Part shown: in pieces, positions 1 to 13,900 of the stretch
How positions within the stretch are numbered: the first letter of the stretch is position 1
Layout of the letters: each line of letters begins with the position of its first letter
Source: Azolla caroliniana
Taxonomy: Eukaryota; Plantae; Polypodiophyta
Length of the DNA stretch: 64,000 nucleotides
Direction: 5' to 3'
Assembly (NCBI GenBank): GCA_043228905.1
Contig: JBHGNT010000003.1
Span: forward strand, 23,622,001-23,686,000
Made by a program: the position numbers and the translations under genes
The notes under the pieces: generated by a model
Told to the model about the DNA's origin: nothing
The model's database searches: none
The model's input: the letters and a program-made list of their open reading frames with translations, nothing else

Positions 1-1308
1 CCTCCTAATTATTAATGTAAACATCCTTGAAATTCATGCATACATTAAAATTTGTCAATCAGTTGGTTTACACCCACCGACTTCAAATGTAGCTGTATTA
101 TCCCAGGATGACACATGTGACACTTCTGACATTTGTCCACATATGAATGCATGTTTGACCAGGCCCTAGGTCTCATCAACATACTTATTCCACAAAAGCT
201 GTCAAAGCATGTAGATTGTTTACGCATAATAGAATACTAAACAAGTAAACTAACTTGATCCTATGTATAACCACGTAACTAATCGCTCACAAGAATAACA
301 ACCATGTGACACCTCCCACCCAATGTGTACTTAATATTAACGCACTATCTTCTCTAATATTGAGATCAAAACCTCTCATTGGAGCTCAGAGAAATAGAGG
401 GAAAATAAAAAGTAGAGAGAAAAAAGACAGTGTGAGGGAAGAAACGAAATGAAGGAAATTCTGAGAAGGAGGATTCTATGGGAATCAAAATGTGGAAGAA
501 ATATGCAAGAAATAGTAACAGATGAATGAAATTTGGAGAGAAGGGTCAGCACAGAAATCTCAGCAACAGAGATTTCTGATTCTGCAGAAATTTAATAAGA
601 GAGAAAAGAGGAGAGCTCAGAAACTCAGAATGAAAAGGACAATGCAGTGCAAAGCATAAGAGAGAAATGGAGCCAAATTTCAGTCAGAGATAATTGATGT
701 TGGATTATTTGATTGCTGGCCAACCAGGAAAAGCAATAGTTTGGTTTTTCACCTTTTTGGTAAACTGTTTTTTGTTTTTTTAATAGCTATTAAACAGAAT
801 AAAAATAAATCAATTGCCTGTTTCTTGCAGAGTTTGGGGTTTTTCTTCCATGTTATGCCTGTTGTGAAACACATTTTTTATATCTGATTGCAGAATTCCA
901 AAATGCAGTGAAGTTATATCTCTATTCCCAAAGAGACTTTAATATGGGAGTATAAATCCAAGGTCAAATCTCAAATGAAGGGTGTCTCTGTGCTTAGATC
1001 ATTGATACACTAGCAACGTTTAATAACCATTGAGAATAAAAAACATATGCTTTAGCAAACAGTCATCAAAAAACACAAAACATAACTGATTTAACATTAA
1101 CATTCAAATTTGGAAATGACCATAACGATTTTCTACACAAATCGTTGGCAGCACAATATTGTTCAACTTTACAATTGTTCAAAATTGTTTGAGACCCAGC
1201 AGAAACACATAATGTTTTACTATTCTTATTTGTATATGAGAATATTATTTAAAAACATGCAAGAACCAAAACAATGAGTGACCAACTACACCCTTTCTCT
1301 AACATTAC

Positions 1309-4300
1309 CTGTTAGTTGAAATAGAATTGATATGATAATCATGAGCATGTGTATAGACCCTTCTACATCGTGCTACATGTGTTACCTCACTACTAGAAAC
1401 CTGCAATTACAGTCAGAAAATCCAGTGAATTCAACATCAGTACATACCTTTTCACACATCAATGCATGACAATCTTAAAATGCTAAATAGAAAATAAAAG
1501 AGCCATAGAGAGAGCACGACTACCGTGGGCAAGTGAAGTGATGTGATACCATTTGGTGGAAATACATATTCATGATCTACTCCTGAGGTTCCATTTTCTG
1601 CACATGACCCTGTGGACTTATAAGAGAGAACATTTCTTCCTGGAAAATTTCCATTGCATATTTGAGAAGAGCTCGATACATTCATTTCAGTTACTTTCTT
1701 TATCTTCTTCTCGGAAGCCTGAATGGGAGGAAAACCGTTAAGCAGTAACAAAGCTTTTACTGATGCAATTATTGTACAGTTTCACAAATTTTACAAGGAA
1801 CTAGGATTGGAAAGAAATATATTCAATGCCCAAACACAAACCTCACCTTCCACAGTTTAACTGTTTTGTCATTTGTTGAAAGCAGAAAGAGAGAATTATT
1901 TGCAGTCTCACACCACCTTATCTTATTTATCTTCTCTTCAATCTCCAAACTCTTCAAGTAGTCAAACTGAAAAAATCATATCAAAAACTTCACATCATTT
2001 ATCGTACAGTATTATAGAGAAAAAAACAAAACAAAACGGTGTGTGCGACGTACAGTATGATGCACATTATAACTTAATCAAACTAGGGTTCTCAATCAAT
2101 TAGAAATAGAATTAGCAAAAAGAAACCAACGGAGAAAGGGAGAACCAAATCCTCAACAGACCTCAGGCTCATGACTCTGAAACTCAGTCTTATAACGGTA
2201 TTCAGGATGCCTTGAAGTTGATACATCCGTTCTTTCCAACTCCCTACGAGAGCGAAGCTGTATAATATTCCAGGATTCAGTATGGCACTTCAGTATTTAC
2301 CACAAGTTTTAACCTGCCTTCTACAGACAATCATGGTTATATATACCTCTTTTCCATCTGTTCTTTCAAAAAGGACCACTCGACCACCTCTATCTCCTGT
2401 TGCTAGATGCTCACCAGATTTGTCAAACTCAATGGCAGAAATAATATCAACTGCAAAAAACAAATATCATTATGAGCTGTCATATTTATTGATACGGCCT
2501 GTCAAATAAATCAGCATACACTACAACGAATTTACCCCATTCAATTGCAATTAAGAAAGCATTAGACACCAGTTGATTTTAGCAATGACAAAGTATATCC
2601 ACTTATCAAATGTTAAGTAATATTCCAACACAGTACTGTGTGTTCCTATTAAATTCATGCTTCTGATGGAATGAATAAGATGAACCTATTGCTAAAGTAT
2701 TATGACATTTATGAATGAGTAACTAAGAAGCATGCAAAGGCATTGAAGAATAACATCAGATCCTTATACAAGCACAAAGAATTAGGAATTCTTATATTCG
2801 GGTATTGCATTTTCGAAACGTACAAGTATGGCTAGTTAAAGTATGCTTGCAACATGGCACAACCATGAATAGTGTCAACCAATATCCATCTAAACAATTC
2901 AAGGCCTTTATACATTAACCAGAGATGCATTCCTTGTCACAATATTTTAACGATGCTAAGATGTAAGTTTGAAATGCAAGCCAATATTCATGAAGGTTTA
3001 TGGCTAAGCTTAGACGAATGCTGTCCCAACGTTGCAACACGGAGCAAGTCATCTCCAGCCATAACACAACATGGGGGAATTGTACACCATCCTCAATAAC
3101 AAAAGTAATTTAGAAGCAGAGAGGCCATAAGTGAAATCCAGACATCAACAGACTTTGATACATTTATAGAGAATATTAAAGTTTAGACATTGCAAAACAT
3201 GCATGCCTGAACCACCATTGAATCAAGTCGATTATAGGAAGCTTCAGTGTAGTCACAGATGAAATATCCATGGGATAAGACCTTGCCAATAAACAAATAA
3301 AGCAACGATACCTACATAATATTCTCTGTCTAGCCTGAGCCGTTTAATCTCTCAATAGTGGTAACTCTATTTTCAATCTAGATGACAGAATTTAAAAAAC
3401 ACTTTTCATGGTTCACATCCATGTATGCTGTAGGATCTGGACTGCCAATTGCCCTGGACATATTTTTGGGCATGTAGCTTCAAGCTACACGCATATCCCA
3501 TCAATTATCGAAGATTGTATGAATCAAGTTTCACTAGTGCATATGTTTTTAGTTGCAATGACATGAAAAAGGTATTCTATATCTAGCTCAGGAGTATTTT
3601 TAATTAATGGTTCAAAATGAGAACCTTATAAATGCATTCACATTCTATGAGGATTATAGTTCAAAATGCTTCTGTTTGACTAGAAGTAGGTGAAGTTATT
3701 GGTACATTGTATTTTTGTTAACAAACATATCCGAGTTCTGGAATCTTCTTGAGTATATTGACATTCTTCATGGGACATGCAAGCTCATATGTCCAGCAAA
3801 CACTTGATCAACTTTTGTAAAATATCAATCCACAAACATCAAGCACATCACAACAATTACCAGATCCCATGATGCAAATACCTAGAGATCCCATATGTCA
3901 TTTTTAATATCTCTATGATAAATGCAACCCAATCTTCCTGCCCATGCTGACCATGAATCTTTCAAATATGACTATTAATACAGCACCAGCACAGTGTTCT
4001 TAGCCAAGGTTACCGTAAATGATAAATGCAACCCAACTTTCTAACTGCACCTTCAGAATATGGATTAATGCAGCAAAATATTTCCTACCCATGGTGTTTA
4101 TGAAGCTTAAGAGCATCATTATTCATGTAACATTTAACAGAAGGTTTGATCCATTGCAAAATTTTAACATAGAAAATGCAAATAAAAAATATTTACATAC
4201 CATCTTGAACCTCCTCACCAGCAGATCGTTCACCAAAGACTTGCGAGAATTTCCATTCAAGAGGTTGCATTGATTGACCATTTTCAGGAGGTGCAAGCAC

Positions 4301-4330
4301 CACTTCATCTCCACTGGCACCAGGGACCAT
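1309..4330 (-). CDS. Serine/threonine protein phosphatase 2A B55 (B/PR55) regulatory subunit, 5' portion; remaining exons not located (probably beyond the left edge)
   Basis: Phase-consistent GT-AG exons 4201-4330 (MVPGASG...[21 protein letters not shown]), 2347-2450 ([31 protein letters not shown]), 2162-2257 ([16 protein letters not shown]), 1847-1966 ([19 protein letters not shown]), 1524-1718 and 1309-1400 ([19 protein letters not shown]); these are hallmark B55 WD40 motifs. Confidence 0.95.
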
Positions 4331-4589
4331 AGTTCCTATTTTAATCACGAACTTATCTCTTAAACTCTCGCTCTATTTGAAGCTGAGATTATTTGAATTC
4401 TTCAGCTTTTTCACCGCACCAGCTTGTACACTTTGATAGCTTGTAGTGTCATTGTAGGTGGAACATAGACAGCATTTGCTATTTTTGTTCACAAATGTAA
4501 GCAGGATTCCTTATATCCTTCAGCTATTCCATGAATACAATAACTTGACCTGTCTACTTAAGTAGGGTGGCAATTAGAGTTCCCAATTT

Positions 4590-5180
4590 GTCACAAAATC
4601 TATGTAGAACCTATCTAGGGGTTGGTACTCTGCCACACTAATCTATGTGGAATCCGAGTTAGTGTTTTTTCTGTTTCTTCCCAAAGCTAGGCATAACTCT
4701 GTTAAAATATGAGCAAAAACCTTAATTGGCGTTCTTCATTCCTGCCTAACAGGCAGGTTCTTTCCTGTCTATTGGAAGACTCTGAGTGGTACAAACCATT
4801 TCAGCATTCCCACTAACCCTCTGAACAAATCCAAGTAGTGAAATCCATCTGGGATTCTCTTCCAGTTTTTTTCCCAAATCTGAATAAAACCCTAATAAGG
4901 GTTTTTCCAAGCCTTCTGAACAGAACTTAGAAGAGCACGTTTAAATTTCACTTTCTGCTCAAATCCATGTAGAACCCATTGAGTGGTTCTTTCCCAGATT
5001 CCTGCCCAAATTAAAATATAACACCCTAATTAGAGTTTCTTGTTTCTCTCTCAAAATCTAACCAGACCCACGTAAGGTGTTTGCAGTCTTCTGCGCAAAT
5101 CTAGGCAAAACCCATCAAGAGTTTCAATTCTTCTTCACGGGTCTAAACAGGCCCTGATTAGGCTCATTACTTTCTGCTCA
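4590..5180. repeat. Degenerate ~40-bp tandem units, each with a small inverted repeat, upstream of the B55 ATG (probable 5'UTR intron)
   Basis: Recurring aaatc(t/c)a..a(g/a)aaccc.....(g/a)g(g/a)gttt, e.g. 4876-4908 aaatctgaataaaaccctaataagggtttttcc, 4961-4992, 5097-5125; minus-strand donor AG/GTAAGT at ~5310. Confidence 0.5.
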
Positions 5181-5894
5181 TATGTCCATTTTTACTCTGT
5201 TCTGGTCAGTAAGAAGAACTCTCTTCAATAAGAAAATGAGCGTAGATCTTTCTCATCTACAATTTCCTGTGGATACAACACAAACTCTAATCAAATGGTT
5301 TCAAACTTACCTACTTGATCAGATAGTTAGAAAGAAAAACATCCACAGTTGAATGAAAATGGTTTGGAAAAGCAAAATATTTTTATCGAAATGGTTAGCA
5401 AATTCAAAATGACTTGAAAAAGCACACAAACATAGACATGGTAATAAAAGCTTTGTAAAGCAGAGCGTCATAGATATGGAGATGATAGAAGATCGAACCA
5501 AATAGACAAGAAATGAAAACAAATACTCAGCTTAATAGGTCAGACAGATAAACAATCATAAGAAAGGAAGAGACCATCGATGTTTTCAGATAGAAAAAGA
5601 AAAAAAGAAAAAAAAATTTAAGACCTGTTGGTTGAGAATGTCCGAGAAAGGAAACTATTTTGGAGTTCACTCTGTTTTCTTTTCTTTTCTTTTTTCTTTT
5701 TTCTTTTTTTTTGCTTTCCTGGAAGAAATCGTTCGATTGTTCAATGTATGTATGTATGTATCTATATATACATATGTATGAAAGAAATTACAAGAAGAAA
5801 CACAGAGGAGGCAGAAGGGGGGGGGGGGGGAAGGGGGGAGGTATAAGCTATGGCGATGGATTTAACTCTGCTTTTCTATCGATCTGACTAAAAT

Positions 5895-5899
<5 letters not shown>

Positions 5900-5954
<55 letters not shown>
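5900..5954. repeat. (GT)n(GA)n compound microsatellite
   Basis: Directly visible. Confidence 0.95.
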
Positions 5955-8036
5955 AGGGTTAAAAAAACACTTGGAAAAGGAGTGATATATTATTGTTGTT
6001 GTTATTATGAGGAGGGGCTCTTTAAGATTCTTATCCCTAAAAATGTTTGATGAATGAGAGAGGGAATGCCCTAAACCCATCCCTAGAAACACAAATATAT
6101 ACCTTTCTGGGACACTAGAAAAAGAAGAAGAAGAAGAAGAAGAAGTGCTCCTCTAGGCTCCTCTCTTTTACATACCCTCGGAAGGAAGAAAAAATAATAA
6201 TACCATGAAAACTCGCCACTCAGAACACATTTCGTCTTCTTTACTCACCCCCCCGAGAATACATGTTCTTCTTTTGAGCTCCGGAATAGTATGTTTCTAA
6301 AGACATCGGTTTCGGTAGAATTCGATTTGTGCGGGAGGAAGCATGTGCTCTCCCTCCTCTTTGGCGGGGAATGTTAAGCGACTCAGGAGAAGAACTCTTC
6401 TCTTTTGTGTAATCCTCTCCCGATCCTCCCCGTTATATTGTTTATCTGAAAGATAGAGGCCAAAATTTCATCCATTGAGCATAAAATGTCTTCCAATACA
6501 ATCGTTGGCAAACTCCTTAATATCGTCAATCTCGTGAATTAGTTGTGAAGAATATCAAAAGATGCTTTGTAGTCTAGGTTTAGGGAGTCGATTCTTAAGT
6601 AATTCTCATATTCTTTCATACAATTCTTCAATAACAATGTGGAGGAGCATCCTGTGTGGTTCTTGCAAACACACATGTCATATATTCCAACATTGGTTAG
6701 CTTCATTCTTTGAACAATGGAATGGTTGAAGTTGATTCACTATATCAAGCCCACTTCATTGATTCCCAATAGCATATCAAAATTATTCTCCTTGTTTGAC
6801 ACAAATCCTATAAAGGAATGCATATCCTATTTGTTCGAGTTAACCTTTCATAAAAAATATCATCGGTCATCCTTGGAGTTTCAATTTGAAGCTAAAAGTG
6901 GGGGATTCGAATGGGATTTGACAATCTTGAATAGGAACGAGTTAGAGTTTGCATGCAACAAGAGATTCATCATAAAAAGAAAAAATAGAAATACTCCATG
7001 CTTCAAGATAGAGTCAAGGAACCATAGTAAATCAAAGGGCAAGTATGAGGAACATCTATTGACAAAAATTTAAATGTTCTCATCACATATAGTTTGTTGG
7101 CAACCCCTACCAAGAATAGTTATTCCAACCACAAATCAATCTTTAAGTTGATGTCTATTCTCTAACATTAGCACAATCACAAAAAGGAGAAGCAAGCCGC
7201 ATTCTCCACCTATGTTCACCTCAAGCCAATGTGGCCTTGAGCAGTTCTATCTCAAGTCGAAGTGAATGTAAGTAGGTGAGTTGATTCGCTTTGATTTCTT
7301 TCAATCTATTCTAACATTTATACCATAAATTATTTATCTCATCAATGAAACACTCTTTGTTCAAATATCTAAATTAGTATATGTGAAGATGGTAAGTGAA
7401 TTGTATTGATTTCCCACCATTGGGCATGTGAAATTAGATAATTGAAGCATGTTGATCACATCAATATGCATGCTTGCTTTTTTATCATTATCATTATGTT
7501 CTTCATAAAGTTGGGATCCTAATCACGTGATAATTAATGGTAAGGGTATAACTATACCATAAAATCTTTGTATGTGATATTATAACATTGATAGTTTGAC
7601 GAAAAATAATAATATTGATGCATATCTAGTCACAACAGTGTGGATGTCATAGTTGGTTAATTGGGAGTTCAGTTCATAAGCATGGCTAAATAGGAAGAAT
7701 GTGTCCAAATGAAGACACTTAAAATATAATTTAAAACTAAATACACAAATTAGTAGATTATGTGCTAAACTAATAAGTGTACTTCAATAACTTACCATAC
7801 GCTTGTAAGAGAAAATATTTATTCCAACTATTGCAAAATGTCAAAGTAACATTCCCAACCATATAACAAATTATGGTACCAAATGAGAATTGACAACTTG
7901 TCTTTGATCAATCGACACAACTATGGGCAATGATTTATGGAGAGAAAAGAGCCCGAGTGATAGAAAATTTAGTCCATAACTTAGTTCTATTATAAACAAT
8001 TCATGTGCTCTACCCCTACATTTTTGTGGTTGCACA

Positions 8037-8273
8037 TAGGAGCCGGCAATGGCTCGGCTCAAGCCTGAAATGAGCCGTGGAACAGTTTGACAATTCGGTT
8101 GAATTCATGCTTGATCTTCCTTAACTAGTTTGAGCTAGTTTTGGAACTAGTTTAAGCTTAACCTGTGTGGCCAAAGTGGTCTAGGAGCCGATTTGGTTAA
8201 AGTTTGAAAACTCCCAAACCGGTTAACCGGTTTGATTTAGACAATGCCAAAACCAAACCATTACCAATTCCTA
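8037..8273. mobile_element. Non-autonomous hAT-like MITE (237 bp)
   Basis: Imperfect 16-bp TIRs TAGGAGCCGGCAATGG / revcomp TAGGAATTGGTAATGG (12/16, all mismatches transitions); 8-bp flanks gttgcaca / gttgcatc (6/8); internal AACCGGTT and gagccg motifs. Confidence 0.65.
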
Positions 8274-8555
8274 GTTGCATCTAGCAAAGTAAACGTTATA
8301 AGTAGGATTTGAAAGTGCATTCATCAAGGTAACTACTTGAAAATATATAGGGAGTTAAGTGGGATTCATACAATGTGTAACAAAGATATGGTAAAGCATG
8401 GATTTGAACCTATTAACATATATCTACCTTATGCCTTTTCCTTAGGATTGCACTTGTACTTTAGTGGACATCGTGTGTATATGCTTAGGAGACGGAAGTG
8501 GATGTGTCCAAATCATAGTAGTGTGAGGTTTGTGCTTCACATCAGAGTGTGAGAC

Positions 8556-9350
8556 ATTCCTCATCCTCAAACTCTCACTCATGGAAACCATGTTTACAAG
8601 TAATATGTGAGAGGGAGGGAGATTATAGTAGATATAAATAAAACACCAAGAAATTTGTCTCAATATGCTTTGCAAGTATTCTTCCACTTGAATTCTCCAC
8701 AAGTTTCTTTACCTACTCAAAGACCAAGACCTTTTTAAAAAGAACTCACAACTGGAAAATACTACAACTTCATCTTCTCATTCGCAATGAGCTATTCCAT
8801 GAAATGGTATTGGATCTCAATTTGCTTTGCCTCCCAAGGAACATGAGATTCTATAAGAGTCATTCAAATTTCTGCCCTATCAACTTTCAGAACTGTAGTA
8901 ATTCTAGAGCTAATATGTGCACCAACTCCCGACTTCTTGAAGGGACACATTTATTGGATAAAAGGCTGATGCAGGCTTGCCTGGTATTGCGGTGAATTGT
9001 GATAACTTCCCGAATCGCATGGCCTTTGCGCCGACAATGCTTCATTCATTCATTCACATGCTATGTGGCCTATCCTCAATTGGCATCCAGATTTCTCTAG
9101 GAGTTTCCTCAACAACACGTCTTAACATCCTATACAACAAACCACATTTTATTCCACTTTCAATCAAGAAAATGAAACACTTGGAAACTATTTGCTTGCC
9201 CAAGAAAATGTGTCTCAAACCCTAAAGAGGGACCATATCCTAAGGTGGATCATTTGTCCTCCAAATCAACACACTGGTTAAAATGCCTACTCTAAACAAC
9301 TTGCTTGGCCAAACTTGATGTCAAATCCAATTATGTGTTGCAAATTTCCC
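8556..9350 (-). mobile_element. Highly degenerate Ty1/Copia relic (RNase H end)
   Basis: Minus-strand translation near 8750-8835, AKQIEIQYHFME*LIANEKMKL*YFP, resembles Copia RNase H (KHIEIQYHFVRE); purine tract followed by TG at ~8555-8580; boundaries approximate. Confidence 0.5.
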
Positions 9351-9521
9351 ACACATGCCAAGTTTGCTCTTATATTGCACATTTACATCACATTCCTCAC
9401 CAAAATAATGTACCTTGAAAATAATATAACTGCTAAAATTTTCTAAGTGGGGTACATGAAGAGACATGAGTACAAGAAATAAAAAACATGAGCCACTAAT
9501 ATACGAACAAAAGGGAAATAG

Positions 9522-10291
9522 AACATAACCATTAGCCTTAGTCCAGACTCAATGATGAGAAAGAAGAACAATTCATGGCTACACGAATGGATTTATAACA
9601 TTGTTGATCATAACAAGTCTACCCTCTACAAAATCTTGCTACCTTTATTTCTTATACAAGATTATGTCATCATCTCGCATGCCACATTTCTCTTTGTATC
9701 ACTATCATTTTTTTCTTTGAAAACACATTAACACACATATAACAAATTCACTTCTTTCTCTATATGTGTAGAAAGTACGTGAAATTTCATTGCAGTGGCA
9801 CCCATTGAAAAAATCAAGCAAGACCAACTCCTCAAACCCTTTATAGAGGAAAGAGAAAGGCAAAACCAAAATTCAACTCTTGCAAGTACTTTCTTTAAAT
9901 ACACATTCACATATAACACATAACTATTAGCCTTAGTCTAGACTCAATGATGACAAAGAAGAACAATTCACAGCTACATGAATGGATTTATAGCATTGTT
10001 GATCATAGCAAGTCTACCCTCTACAATGTCTTACGACATTTGTTTCTTAGACAAGTCTATGTCATCATCTCACATGCCACATTTCTCTTTACATCACAAT
10101 CTGTTTTCTTTAAAGTCACATCAACCCACATATACCACATTTTCACTTCAATCTATATGTGTAGGAAGTACCTGAAATCTCAATGCAACAGCACCCATTT
10201 AAAAATTCAAGCAAAACCAACTCCTCAAATGCTTTCTAGAGTAAAGAGAAAGGAAAAACCAAAAATCAAGTCTTGCAAGTACTTTCATTAA
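9522..10291. repeat. Tandem duplication of a ~395-bp unit (~9522-9898 and ~9918-10291)
   Basis: Both copies start acataac(c/t)attagccttagtc(c/t)agactcaatgatga and end tcttgcaagtactttc; collinear with scattered substitutions. Confidence 0.9.
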
Positions 10292-10963
10292 CATAAGAGT
10301 TGTAATCTTTGTAGGGTTTCAAAGTTCATTATCATCTTTTTGAGACATTAATAGATCAACTTTTCCAATGACCTCGCTGGAGGCATTGAACAATGCTTTT
10401 AAAATCTTATAAAGTGAAGACTTTAACATTATAAAAGGCGAATTGAAGCCAACTCTATCTTGTAAATAACACAATATTTCATCAGTTCATTCCCTAATCT
10501 CATTATTATGATCTCCCTTATATCTGGTTTCAAATCTCAAATTTAAGATTTGATAAACCCTTAGTGATCCTTGAATATGACGCACAAGAAGGAATGTGTT
10601 GTGAAGGACACATGGTGATGATGGTAACCTAATATTACCGTTTGGGACCTATATGTAGTCACCCCCTTTATGTTTACCTCACCAAGCACAAACCATTCAT
10701 GTCCATGAGACCAAAACCATGAATTGAATAGGACCTCTTTGAAGCCACGGTGATAATAGGAGCCTCTTATCACCCCATATGATTTGAGCAAAGAGTACAA
10801 ACAAAGTAAACCATGTGCAACTGGTGAGCAGAAACATCTTTTTACTTTCCTATATATGATTTCCATGATGTCACACAATGGATTTCCACTTTCTTCTACT
10901 ATCTCAAAACGCCTTTTATAATATATATTTGATCAGTATATATATGTATTACTGTAAACATCA

Positions 10964-13900
10964 TTAGGTTGAAGATGACACATTTGCCTCCCGTGTGAAT
11001 CGTACAATATACTTATATACAGCAATTGGCTTGTCCATACCCATAATGTCAAAATTTGAGAGGCCTTCTTCGATAACAGGAAACATTGACACCCTCTGAA
11101 ATGCCTGCCAATCAGTAAGGAACACAATTATACATACATATTTGTGAGTAACCAAATGATTCAAACAGAAATCTAGAGGTACGTATAAGAACTTTGAAGT
11201 AGAAGAGACCTCAATATATGACACTTCTCCCAGAGCTGCATCCCAACGATAACGAGTTCGGTTCTGACTTGCCTGGAGCACAATAATATATAGATTTGAA
11301 AAAGAAACAATGATATGTATGCAAGGGCAGGAAAGTGCGATTGAATCTTGAATAGAGAACACAATCGATGCTGATTAATTTCTCCTTAACATCTTGTTTG
11401 ACAGTCATTCATCTTGCAAGAAATATGGCTGAACAAGGTTTTTCTTATGCATATGTTTCTGTTCACAAAGAGCTATAAAGACAAATAAAGAAAAAATTCT
11501 TCCTAACCTTAATTGTAGGAGGACCTCCAAACCTGGAACTATCAAAGATCTTCCAAGAGCATGAATTCCAATCAGTATAACAAACTAGAAGCAAAGGAAA
11601 GTATACTTCCTTTATGTGACCCAAGAACACAAACTATTTGTTAAAATTTACAAACCTGCTGAGAGTATTCAGATGTCTCAAACTGCCCAGGCCCTGTTAA
11701 GGATGCGGAGCGCTTTGTCACAACATTTTGTACCTATCAAGATTGGCAGATGATAATAATAATAATGATGACCTCCATCAAACTGAAAATTCTAAAGTAT
11801 CATTATTTACAAGATGACCCAAATATTTATACCTTGCGTCCTCCTTGTAAGATCAAGGTAAGTCGATCAGGTTGCTCAGGAGTCCAAATTCCACGATCCA
11901 CAACATCTTTCCCCACAGTAGACTCAACAAGAGACTTAATCCAAAGGCAAAATGCATATTACCAAGGGGAGTTGCAAATCAAGTAAATGAGATTATTTTC
12001 CTGTTTATTATAATTGATGCCCTTTCTTTTCCTGCTTATTTTACAATCCATAATTGAGACAACCATATCTCTGATGTTTTCCAGTCTACATTTCTCACTT
12101 TCCCTCCTTCTCCTTGTTCATTATTCTGCCCCACTTTCTTCTCCTTTTATCTTTATTGCTTCCTTTTTATTGATTTTTATGACCCATCTTTTCAAGCTCT
12201 ACCTTCATAGCCATAAAGGTGAAAGCTACAATAGCCATTTGTCAACAATTAACAAACAACCTGACCGATTTTAAACCCAAATAATGTTTTTTATGAAATT
12301 AGCTTCTTGAATGTAAGCCAGACCTGCCCATATCGGTGCCCTAAAGAGTGGCCAGTTCTGTCAAGAACATACACAGTATAAGCCATGCCCATTTAGGAGA
12401 GAAGGTATGATCTTGGCAACACAGAGGATTCCACAGTCCGCAGCAGATGAGCCTATTCCAAATATTGGTCTTTTGCTTGCTACTCTGGCATTGATAGACC
12501 TTTCAGAAGGTCTGATGCCTGTCTCAAATATCTGTTTCTCTTTGGTCACCACTTGAAAGAAAGGAATCTACTATTGGAGCCCAGAAAGCTTCAAGTAAAT
12601 TGATGAATCCACATCTGGATTGCAGTTGCATTGTATGAGACGGGCACAAGGAAAAGTGTGCTCAACTCAAGCCTACACTATGTGGTGATTATGGCTTTAT
12701 CTTTATTTTTACAAGAGTATTACTATCATGCCTTAGAGGGAAACAAATCTTATGCTAGTGGTGCATAGTATCACCATTCTGCACAGCAGCAAATGCAGTT
12801 CATAACATTAGTTCTCTCCATGAAACCTCATAATTTTGTGATAGCTTCCACATAATTTTATCCATTCTAGTTTGGCTTTTACTCTTTCCTTTTCCCTTGT
12901 GGGCAAATTTATGCAAACATTGTATTTCATTGGTTCAAGGGGGTTCCTATGGATGTTAATAAAAACTCCTTTCTCACCTTCATTTTACTTGCTGCAAAAA
13001 TCTCAAATCTCGCAGCAACATTTCACCATTTGTCTTTCTTTTTTTCTCCCAATCTCTTCAATTTCTGAAAAATCCTATATTTCTTTCTATATGCCTAGAT
13101 TAACACGAAACTCGTGATTGATAAACTTGCAATCGAATGTCTGAAGTTTTAAAGGATGTTCATATGCATATAGCTTGAAAAATATGCTTTGTGTTGGATT
13201 CTTCAACTTGAGAAGATGCTCAGAGCTTGAAACGCTCTAAAGGAAGCATGGAAAGATGCCATACAGCCAAAATGGGCTTTCGTCTTATTTCATACAAGAT
13301 CACCAAATTTGATGTGTATACCATCAAAAAGTTTTACAAGATTATTATACAAGAAAAAGGTGTCATACCAGTGTTGTGAAAAGGCGATCACCAATTATTT
13401 TGTTTCCAAACGGAATAAAACGAGCTTTGTATGTTAGCTGCTTGATTTCTTCCCAGAATTTCACATGCAAATAGCACATCACACAGAGTCATAGCATGAG
13501 GAGTATTAACAAGGCAATTGTAGTAGAAATAATATGCGCTATGTATTATACTCATTGCATTAAAATGAATAGCCATACAAAGTATTATGAGATATGTGGA
13601 CAAATGATCACTTTGTTCCTTTCAGAAAATAAAAAACATGAGTTCTTTTTAGTAATCTAATCTTTATGTTTGTAATTCCTTTATCAGCTTAATTAATGGA
13701 TGCACTAGTGCCTTCTCCTGGAGATCGGTTTTCAGATTGGAGATGTAATTTACCAGCTCTTTCTTGAGTACAAACTCAACAATTAGCTGAATGAAGTCAC
13801 AAACACATATTTATTAGGATTAATGTCCATGTGCTTATGACTCTTAAGTGGACTTTAGACTCTAGCTAGATACTTAAAAACATTGATGTAGGTGGTTTAC

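Noticed and set aside
45-227. Possible integrase zinc-finger remnant (YVDKCQKCH) in a B55 intron
   Set aside because: Too short and degenerate
6400-7600. Possible decayed transposase or LINE region, with a gatttcccaccatt motif shared with ~32822
   Set aside because: No recognisable protein motif; a 14-bp match alone is insufficient
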